This document shows positions 56,698 through 64,000 of a DNA stretch of 64,000 nt, piece after piece. Position 1 is the stretch's first letter; each line of letters begins with the position of its first letter. Under the pieces are notes generated by a model. That model was not told the DNA's origin, made no database searches, and was given only the letters and a program-made list of their open reading frames with translations. Location of the stretch: positions 816 to 64,815 of the IMG/VR virus record IMGVR_UViG_3300035698_024184. One strand, given 5' to 3'. The position numbers and the translations under genes were made by a program. This DNA comes from a virus. Taxonomy: Duplodnaviria; Caudoviricetes.

Positions 56698-56741
56698 ACA
56701 AAAATAGATTTGGATAACTAAATATTTTAATTATCCAAATC
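56698..56741 (-). terminator. Terminator-like hairpin
   Basis: IR gatttggataa/ttatccaaatc followed by a T-run on the minus strand. Confidence 0.6.
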
Positions 56742-56757
56742 AGTTTAGAGGATAAAT

Positions 56758-57633
56758 TTATGCACCAGCTACAGAACGAGTTCTTTCCTGAGCTATACGA
56801 ATCCAATCAATATCTAATGTAGAACTAACTGTCCCATCTGCCTGGCAAACAAATGACGGATACAAAGCAATACCATCAGGAATAGCTGAGGCAGTTGTAA
56901 TAGTATCTACTAAAACACCATCAACATAGAACTTAATAGAAGTAACTCCATCAATCAAAAGTCCAAAAGTATGATAGTTTACATCTCCAATATCAACAGC
57001 ATCTGCACCAATCTCAGGAGAAACAGCGTTTTTTTGAGAAGTAGTAGTCATTTTTTTAGTAGTAACTGCGGAATCAGAATAAAATCCAATACCACTATTA
57101 TCAGCTCCACCAGTAGTATAAATATTCGAAGCCATAATAGCAGTATCTGCTTCTCTTAATCCTAAGAAAATTTCCCCACTAGTTGCTGAATAAGTAGCAT
57201 TATTTTTTGCTCTAACTTCAAAATAATTAGTAACACTAGCAGCCAAAATAATTGGAAAACTACTTATTTGTATTTGTGTACCCTGAGCAGCAGTTGTGGA
57301 TCCTGCCGTCATAGAAAGTACTCCTTCTGTTAAAGTAATACTAGAACCAACAGTTCCACTGGTTGCTTGAGTAACTATATACCCATTAGCACTGGCAGTT
57401 GCTCCGGCTACAAGACAATTTGGCCCATTAAAATCATCAAACCAATAATTTCCTACAGCTGGATTTAATAGCATTTCCATAAGGGGGCAATCGGACCAAA
57501 TTAAAGTACTAGGCCCTTTTCCTAAAGTACCGTAATCAACATTCTTTGCTTCTAAAGCATTTATATCTGTAACATTTGTTATAATACGATCATCCTGTAA
57601 AGAATCCGGATGAGTATGTTGTGGTAATGGCAT
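56758..57633 (-). CDS. Putative virion protein with concanavalin-like lectin fold
   Basis: FDDF, YH..G...DG...KFYVDG.LV, L.IDWIR. Confidence 0.6.
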   Translation of the reverse strand: MPLPQHTHPDSLQDDRIITNVTDINALEAKNVDYGTLGKGPSTLIWSDCPLMEMLLNPAVGNYWFDDFNGPNCLVAGATASANGYIVTQATSGTVGSSITLTEGVLSMTAGSTTAAQGTQIQISSFPIILAASVTNYFEVRAKNNATYSATSGEIFLGLREADTAIMASNIYTTGGADNSGIGFYSDSAVTTKKMTTTSQKNAVSPEIGADAVDIGDVNYHTFGLLIDGVTSIKFYVDGVLVDTITTASAIPDGIALYPSFVCQADGTVSSTLDIDWIRIAQERTRSVAGA

Positions 57634-57710
57634 TATTTTATCTCCTATTATTTTTTAATTAATTAACTAAATAAGTTTAACATATCTTTCTATAAAAAGC
57701 AAGCATAAAA

Positions 57711-58484
57711 TTAAGTAAAAGTATACCCTAAAACATCTATGGTACAAGTTACCACTCCATCAGCAGCGGTAGTCAATTTAAGTCCAAATTCAGTTGTTGT
57801 TGGATATACCAAAGCCGCTACTGGCGTATCAGCGTGAGTTACCCGTCCAATAGCCAGCATAGCATTAGAAGTTGTATCTAAATTAGTAAATTTTAACCCA
57901 CTTCTAAAATTCGTTGCCGAAGCATCTCCTCCAAATCCACCAATTGCAGCGGCGGCGGTTATCCCACTAAGACTATGTACTATAACATCAGTAACAACCG
58001 CATACTTACTGGTAGGAACTGTATACAAAGTCTGTTTTGTAACTATATTTAAATCAATTGCTAATGTAGAAGATAAAACTCTAATATTATTTCCTAAAAT
58101 ACTATAATTTTCTAAAGCAACAATTGAATCTTGTACATCATTTAAATTAGCAGCTAGTAACACAGAGCCTATTCCATAATATGAAACTTCTACTGAACCA
58201 GTTGCATCATCTACATGATGAGTAATTTTACCCGTTGTATAATCCACATAATATTCACCTGAAGCTGTTGGTAAATAACTTTTTTCGATATAACTACCAG
58301 CCGCTCCAGGTGGAGTTCCAACAACTGAAACAGTTTCGGTATCTACAGGTCTTTCATCTAAAAAGTAAGTATAAGTAGAAGCTGCTGGTATAGTATGTGC
58401 CTCACTGGAAATTGATTGAGGCGAAATTCTTTTATTTATCTTAGTAATAAAAGAATCGACCGAAGTTGGAAAATTAGTTGACAT
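57711..58484 (-). CDS. Putative tail/baseplate structural protein
   Basis: TNFPTSVDSF, EYYVDY.TG.I, N..QD.IVALE motifs. Confidence 0.6.
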   Translation of the reverse strand: MSTNFPTSVDSFITKINKRISPQSISSEAHTIPAASTYTYFLDERPVDTETVSVVGTPPGAAGSYIEKSYLPTASGEYYVDYTTGKITHHVDDATGSVEVSYYGIGSVLLAANLNDVQDSIVALENYSILGNNIRVLSSTLAIDLNIVTKQTLYTVPTSKYAVVTDVIVHSLSGITAAAAIGGFGGDASATNFRSGLKFTNLDTTSNAMLAIGRVTHADTPVAALVYPTTTEFGLKLTTAADGVVTCTIDVLGYTFT

Positions 58485-58486
58485 AT

Positions 58487-59293
58487 TTAATCCCTATCTC
58501 TATTACTATCAATCGTACCTACAAAACCAGATGGAGCTATTTCTGGACTTTCTGGAAATCCAAATCCATTAGGAACTTCTGTGAAAATATTAACTTCACC
58601 CAAAAATAAATTTTTATTCGCATTATATAATACTGTATCACCCATATACATATTTTGTCCATACATTCCTAAAGTATCTCCTTCTCCATATTGTCGAGAA
58701 GTACCTAATCCACATCCACAATCTGGCCAATCACCAGGATCATGTGTACAATAAGTCGGTTGCGAAGATAGAGGATATCCTTCAGGTTCTAAAAGTATCT
58801 TCCAACTACAAGTATCTATCGAAGGACTTCCTACTGGAATATTTAACCTTAACCATATATTTTTACTCTGCTGAGCAATAAAATCGCCCAAATTAAATTC
58901 AATTGTATCACTAATAGAAGTAAAATTAATTCCATCTAATGAAACACTAAAATATCCATTTTCAACAATTTCTTTTCCACCTTCATTAGTATCTTCGATT
59001 TTTTCAACCCGCATCTGAACATTATATACTGGAATAGCATTAGGTAATCTTTGTCCCCAATATATTCTAAAGGGTACATCTCTCGTAACTCCCTGTAAAA
59101 AGAAGTCATATAAAATAAATAAAATATCTGCCTCATTAGCATCATCGTCATAATGTAATGAAAAATAACTAGTTAAACCTTTATTAGTCGTCTCAAATTC
59201 AGGATTAAAAAAACCATAAGTAGAAATATAAGAAAAATTAATTCCATCGCTACTTAAAAATCCACTTGTACTAATATAGGTTATATCAGACAC
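58487..59293 (-). CDS. Putative virion structural protein
   Basis: 268 aa ORF in the structural block. Confidence 0.55.
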   Translation of the reverse strand: MSDITYISTSGFLSSDGINFSYISTYGFFNPEFETTNKGLTSYFSLHYDDDANEADILFILYDFFLQGVTRDVPFRIYWGQRLPNAIPVYNVQMRVEKIEDTNEGGKEIVENGYFSVSLDGINFTSISDTIEFNLGDFIAQQSKNIWLRLNIPVGSPSIDTCSWKILLEPEGYPLSSQPTYCTHDPGDWPDCGCGLGTSRQYGEGDTLGMYGQNMYMGDTVLYNANKNLFLGEVNIFTEVPNGFGFPESPEIAPSGFVGTIDSNRDRD

Positions 59294-59998
59294 TTAAACT
59301 TTAGTCCTTGCACTAGCCCCAATAGTAAAGGAATACAAATCAATACCACCAGAATCTTTTATTGTAAAAGTAGTCCCACTTAAAGTGTAATCTCCAATTA
59401 AAACAGCTCTAAATAATTCCATAACAGAACCTGCTACTGCATCATGGTCATCCCAAGCTTCTTGCCATACTGCATCTGCAACTTCGGCTGCTGTTGGTAA
59501 AGTTGTAGATGTATCAACCAAAATATCATCAACAATTCCATCAATAGTTGCTATTTCATCATCTATTGTTATTAATGAAGCAGGGATAGTCGTCTCTGTA
59601 TCTTCTAATATAGCATTAATATCTGCACTATTATCATTAGCTGTTTGAGCTGTACCATTAACAGTTATAACATTTACATCTTTAATCAAACTTGTACCAT
59701 CCCAATAAACAGAATCGCCACCAATAGGCTCGTCTGTACCATCAAGAGCAGCTCCCTTATAAATTACCACATTATAATTTCCCGCAGATAAAGCAGCTGG
59801 AAATGTTGCTGTGTATTTTCCTCCTCCACCAGCTTCAGTTAATGGAATATCATAATCGTCAACATCTACATCACTCCACACTTCCCATTCAGGAACTATA
59901 ACATCATAAACTTTTATTGTCCCACTATCATTTTTAAATACAGAAGCCCAAAGATCAGTTTGATTGATACCAGAGGTAAATTCAATTTCATGTGCCAT
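59294..59998 (-). CDS. Putative tail-associated protein
   Basis: DYDI.L.E.GG..Y...FP, VD.ILVDT.TT, EVADAVW.E. Confidence 0.6.
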   Translation of the reverse strand: MAHEIEFTSGINQTDLWASVFKNDSGTIKVYDVIVPEWEVWSDVDVDDYDIPLTEAGGGGKYTATFPAALSAGNYNVVIYKGAALDGTDEPIGGDSVYWDGTSLIKDVNVITVNGTAQTANDNSADINAILEDTETTIPASLITIDDEIATIDGIVDDILVDTSTTLPTAAEVADAVWQEAWDDHDAVAGSVMELFRAVLIGDYTLSGTTFTIKDSGGIDLYSFTIGASARTKV

Positions 59999-60070
59999 TA
60001 TTTTTTATTTCCAATTTAAAGTAGGATATGAGTATCTTAAATCAATTTCCAATTCTGTTTTATTATAAGA

Positions 60071-61951
60071 TTATGCCTCTGAGGCACCAACACCTTTTTC
60101 GTTTACAACCCGCCATTCGCCATCTTTGAAACACTCTACGGTTAATTCGTAATAAGCATCCGTACCTGGATCACTACCACGATAATCACCAGCTCCGACA
60201 TCTGTACCATCTTCCAGGTAAATATGTTCTGTACTGTCAGGATCGATTGTAACATCCTCACCGGCAGCGTAATCGACACGGCAGAATCTGAATTTCATTC
60301 CACTAATAGCAGCGGGCAGGTTCCATTCAATGGCACCGGTAACACCTTCATTGGTATAAGTCACCCCGGACCATATGGCCGCAACATTCCATGTAGCAGT
60401 ACAAACTACCGGATTAGCTGTATAATTATTTTCAAGTACCGAACCGCTGATACCAACATATTTAGTTGCTCCGGTAGCGGCAGAATACATGGGCACCGTA
60501 CAATTGCGTACTATAGAATCCTGTATAAAACCTCTGGAACCAGCTACCGACACTATAACTCCTTCGTAATCAGAACCCATAGAGGAATCCAAATCAGCAA
60601 CAACTACATCGGCTATCTTGCAATTAAATATAGTTGCATTTTTGAGATAACCAGCAGAAGAATTACCATTTGCAAGAAAACCGCCAAAACAACCATGACC
60701 ACAATCACCACCAGAAGCAAACCCACAAAAGCCTACTCCTGTACCAAAACAACGAATACCACACTTAAAACTTATAATAGAAGCATTAACATGACTGCCA
60801 AAAGAGTTACATCCACCAAAACAATAATCGCCCATGTTTAAATTACAATGGTAGCCGCTAACCCATCTGGTCTTATCTCCTCCAATACTATAATCATCAC
60901 AAATACAATTCGAGGTTCTGGCCCGCATATCAGATTGATATAGGGTTATTGTTTGGCCAGCAGTATCTTCGACTGTGTGTTCATATGTAATGGTAATTGT
61001 ACTATCTGTTGTAGCAGTAATCTCCGCTCTTGGCTTTTTATATGCCGTACCGACAATCAGGCACACATCGCCAGCTGCGACTTTTTTACCATCATTGGCA
61101 ATCAGGGGAACTACCACTGTATGACTTCCACCATCCGTTATAGCCGATGCAGCAGCCATCTCAACCGTTGCATTAGTAGCATCTTTAACCCGTAACCAAC
61201 CAAAACCTCCATTACAATCAACAAAGGTACCACCTAAATGGCCGGAAGCTTCACATGTATATGGACCACTCTCGGCACCGGTATTAATATAGAATTTACA
61301 ATTACTTATATGTGGCTGCTGATAACAAAGAGAATAGTATACAACTTCAGATGCATCACCAGGGGCACTACCAGAGGTTAGACCATCACCTAATGTAAGC
61401 GAATCTCCTGATCCTGATATTATAGGATACCAATCAGCCGTTACACCTGCACCCCAAAGGAATATCTCATCCGGCCTGTCAGTATAAGTTTGTGGCCGAA
61501 TATATGTCGCAATAGATGAACTAGCTTTAGTGAACGTTGTACCACTTGTAGTCGCACCAGAACCACGTACCTCATTAGCAATGGTTACTGTTCGATAGGT
61601 GGATGTCGTACCTGTACACTCTAAATCTAAATTACTTAATCGATAATCCTGGGCAGTTATAGCTAATACCGGACCATCAGACCGGGTCAGTAATGATTGA
61701 CCAAGCGAGCAAATATCCACAAAAGCGGTATCTATGGCAACAGCAGATGTTACTGTATATTTACCTGGTGATAATATCAATGTCCGACGATTGTCATATG
61801 CTAATGCTCCCATCCTACCATTTCGGTCAGCTGATTTAAGCCAGTCATATTTTGTTTGTATATTATCATCTGGATAAATTGCTAAAACATTGGCTTTAGA
61901 TCCATCTAATCGAAACGCACCATAATCAATTATTGTTGAAATTTCCATCAT
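60071..61951 (-). CDS. Tail spike / receptor-binding protein with right-handed beta-helix-like repeats
   Basis: L.PG.Y start motif, repeated C.G..CFG units, LPAA..G..F.F C-terminus; visibly higher GC. Confidence 0.6.
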   Translation of the reverse strand: MMEISTIIDYGAFRLDGSKANVLAIYPDDNIQTKYDWLKSADRNGRMGALAYDNRRTLILSPGKYTVTSAVAIDTAFVDICSLGQSLLTRSDGPVLAITAQDYRLSNLDLECTGTTSTYRTVTIANEVRGSGATTSGTTFTKASSSIATYIRPQTYTDRPDEIFLWGAGVTADWYPIISGSGDSLTLGDGLTSGSAPGDASEVVYYSLCYQQPHISNCKFYINTGAESGPYTCEASGHLGGTFVDCNGGFGWLRVKDATNATVEMAAASAITDGGSHTVVVPLIANDGKKVAAGDVCLIVGTAYKKPRAEITATTDSTITITYEHTVEDTAGQTITLYQSDMRARTSNCICDDYSIGGDKTRWVSGYHCNLNMGDYCFGGCNSFGSHVNASIISFKCGIRCFGTGVGFCGFASGGDCGHGCFGGFLANGNSSAGYLKNATIFNCKIADVVVADLDSSMGSDYEGVIVSVAGSRGFIQDSIVRNCTVPMYSAATGATKYVGISGSVLENNYTANPVVCTATWNVAAIWSGVTYTNEGVTGAIEWNLPAAISGMKFRFCRVDYAAGEDVTIDPDSTEHIYLEDGTDVGAGDYRGSDPGTDAYYELTVECFKDGEWRVVNEKGVGASEA

Positions 61952-61966
61952 TTACCTCTATTAATT

Positions 61967-62278
61967 TTAATCAAGATTTTTATGAACATAAAATTGTCCA
62001 ATATTAGTATGCCAAGTACCTGATGCAAAAATTAGTTTAATTTGAATTTCCCAATTACCACTAGTTTCGAAATCATTTAGTATGGAAGTATATTTTAATA
62101 ATCCATCTGTTCCATCAGTAACAAAAACTGCATCTTTAGTCATTATTTGATTATTTGGGGCTTTAAATAGAATCTGTTTAGTAGTAGCTGTACTTAAATC
62201 CACAATACTGTTATTATCTTTTATTGTTACCTGGAATACAGTCCCAATATCTCCTATATGTATTTCACTAGGATTCAT
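61967..62278 (-). CDS. BppU-like baseplate upper/Ig-like protein
   Basis: GD.G..F..TI.D....VDL..A, DG.DG...Y....DF...G.W..Q. Confidence 0.65.
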   Translation of the reverse strand: MNPSEIHIGDIGTVFQVTIKDNNSIVDLSTATTKQILFKAPNNQIMTKDAVFVTDGTDGLLKYTSILNDFETSGNWEIQIKLIFASGTWHTNIGQFYVHKNLD

Positions 62279-62280
62279 AT

Positions 62281-62574
62281 TTATCTTTCTAAAGTAAAAG
62301 TTACTGATTGATTTATATTACTATCTTTTTCTGAAAATATACAAGAGCTAACAATATTTTTAATATCTTTTAAAGTAGTATTTAACCAAAGATCAATATA
62401 AACTATATCTCTTATAAAGGCAGTTTGTGCAAGCCATGCAATACCAGAATAAGCCCACAATAAATGTTGCTTATCTTCCTTATTTAAAGTTCCAGTATAA
62501 GCAGGTACAGGAGTATTATAAGGCTGTAAAAGCGTTATTAAAGCTAATTTTTTATTTTTACTATCAATACTCAT
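62281..62574 (-). CDS. Hypothetical structural-region protein
   Basis: 97 aa ORF. Confidence 0.6.
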   Translation of the reverse strand: MSIDSKNKKLALITLLQPYNTPVPAYTGTLNKEDKQHLLWAYSGIAWLAQTAFIRDIVYIDLWLNTTLKDIKNIVSSCIFSEKDSNINQSVTFTLER

Positions 62575-63998
62575 TATGGACCCGTTGTAAATTCATCTCT
62601 GGTAACAACACTATCAGCTTCACTAACAGAAGCTTTTTGGTCTACAGTATCTTTAGCATCATTATAAACATTGATAACTGAACCACTATTAGTAATTTTA
62701 TTTCGTAAAAATTTGTATATAAATCCAATTTTATTTGCCAATGTTGTTGTCGCCGCAGGAGCACCCTGACCTGGTTCTGCATATGTATCAGTATTTAAAG
62801 CTGCTACTACTTGCGTTTTAACATCTGCTGCTGAAGGTAATCCAGCTAAAGTAGCAGGTAAAGTCGTGCCAGTATCAACTAAAATTGCATCAACAACTGT
62901 ATCTACAGTATCAAGTTTCCCATCATGGGTAGTTAGGGCACTTGTTGTGGCCAATCCTGAAATATCAGCTTTACTTGCAGTTCTACTAGCTGCATCAGTG
63001 GTAACATTGGTTGACATGGTAGTAACTGTTACTGTATCACAAGCTGTATTTAAATTAGCTACTGAAATATTATTGAGTCCAGTTATTTGATTAGGAATTG
63101 TAGTCCCTGTATCAAGTAGTATTGCCGCAGCATCTCCAGTTCCACCAGATTTTACAACATTATGAATATTCACTATATTTGTATTATCAGGAGCAGTTGT
63201 ATTAGCTCCATTTGTACCAACCATAGCATTAGCCACTGTAATAGCTGGAGTTTCTACATTAAAGAAATGCTCAAATCCATCAGCAATTTGAGTGCCAGCT
63301 TGCACAATGGTATGTCCTAATATTTTAACTAAATCAACTTCCACACCAGTAATATCACCAGCACCCGCTTTGCAATCAGAAGTATTATTAACAGTTACCT
63401 TACCATCAGTTAAATCTATCTGATTAGCTCCGGTACCATCCGACAATTTCATAACATCACCAGGCTCTGCATATCCGATAGCTTTATAACTATCTTTATC
63501 ATCCGTTATAGCTGCCAGCGAAGTAATGGCTCCATCTGTTCCCCGCATATTTGTGCATGTTCCTGTAGTTGTAACTGTTACAACTGCTCCTGTACTGGTA
63601 GTAATTGCCCCGCTGGATACTATATCGGTAGCGACAGGTAAAGCTGCTCCCGAGGCGTTGTTTGCTTTAACCACACCAGTAGTATCAACTATGGACAAGT
63701 CTTCAAGATTAGTCGGTAGTTTATTTCGGATAGACTCAAGGGAATCTGTAGTGGCATCATAAGTAGCAGCAGTTACACTATCAGATATAATTTTATTTAA
63801 CATGCCTCCGATAGTTGCCGCAGAACCATCAACAGCGACAATTTGACCGGAAGCTAATGCACCAACCAATGTAGCCATAGTTCCCGCCGCATCTGGAACG
63901 GTAGTGTTTGCACCATCCGTTCCTTTCATATCTGTATTAGTCGTACATGTATCGGTAAGAAATACGCTATGCGTACCTGGATTATACCCGGTATCAGC
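62574..63998 (-). CDS. Long Thr/Ala/Asp-rich tail fibre-like protein, 5' end outside the window
   Basis: Frame open to the window edge; repeated M.GTDGA motif, ILVDTGTT repeats, DTYAEPGQGAP. Confidence 0.65.
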   Translation of the reverse strand, partial: ADTGYNPGTHSVFLTDTCTTNTDMKGTDGANTTVPDAAGTMATLVGALASGQIVAVDGSAATIGGMLNKIISDSVTAATYDATTDSLESIRNKLPTNLEDLSIVDTTGVVKANNASGAALPVATDIVSSGAITTSTGAVVTVTTTGTCTNMRGTDGAITSLAAITDDKDSYKAIGYAEPGDVMKLSDGTGANQIDLTDGKVTVNNTSDCKAGAGDITGVEVDLVKILGHTIVQAGTQIADGFEHFFNVETPAITVANAMVGTNGANTTAPDNTNIVNIHNVVKSGGTGDAAAILLDTGTTIPNQITGLNNISVANLNTACDTVTVTTMSTNVTTDAASRTASKADISGLATTSALTTHDGKLDTVDTVVDAILVDTGTTLPATLAGLPSAADVKTQVVAALNTDTYAEPGQGAPAATTTLANKIGFIYKFLRNKITNSGSVINVYNDAKDTVDQKASVSEADSVVTRDEFTTGP

Positions 63999-64000
63999 AA

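Noticed and set aside
1448-63762. Plus-strand ORFs in the supplied track (e.g. 9704..10075, 41049..41495, 60224..60841)
   Set aside because: They are antisense shadows of well-supported minus-strand genes or lack SD and motifs; the window appears to be coded on one strand.
56276-64000. Genome-wide TAG reassignment (genetic code 15)
   Set aside because: Structural and core genes are intact under code 11, several genes (e.g. polA) end plausibly at TAG, and only two internal TAGs were seen.

Overview
AT-rich segment of a large dsDNA tailed bacteriophage genome, with every credible gene on the minus strand. Right to left in transcription order it holds: virion/tail-adsorption genes (56.3-64 kb); a tRNA-like gene missing its anticodon loop; an AT-rich putative origin; a replication/recombination block (DnaC-like loader, RNase H, dNMP kinase, ThyX-like, DnaB, primase, PolA, SF2 helicase, SSB, RecA, two RNA-ligase-family proteins, ATP-dependent DNA ligase); a complete ubiquitin-like conjugation cassette (Ubl ending GG, E2-like, JAB, E1/ThiF) followed by a GHKL-ATPase/HExxH gene; an initiator-type tRNA-Met; a 7-deazaguanine cluster (FolE, QueD, QueE, QueC, TGT/DpdA-like) interleaved with three paralogous glycosyltransferases and a radical SAM enzyme; an intein-containing class II ribonucleotide reductase; many small accessory genes; and a putative early region (0-5.8 kb) driven by three tandem sigma70-type promoters. 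The most striking unannotated structure is at 1.9-5.3 kb. There, seven consecutive gene units are each bracketed by their own pair of 17-28 nt complementary arms, whose imperfections are almost all G-U pairs on the mRNA strand, so each cistron would sit in the loop of a long-range RNA stem. Several genes carry single in-frame stops or frameshifts, which could be recoding, decay or assembly error. All product calls come from motif recognition by eye; no database searches were run.
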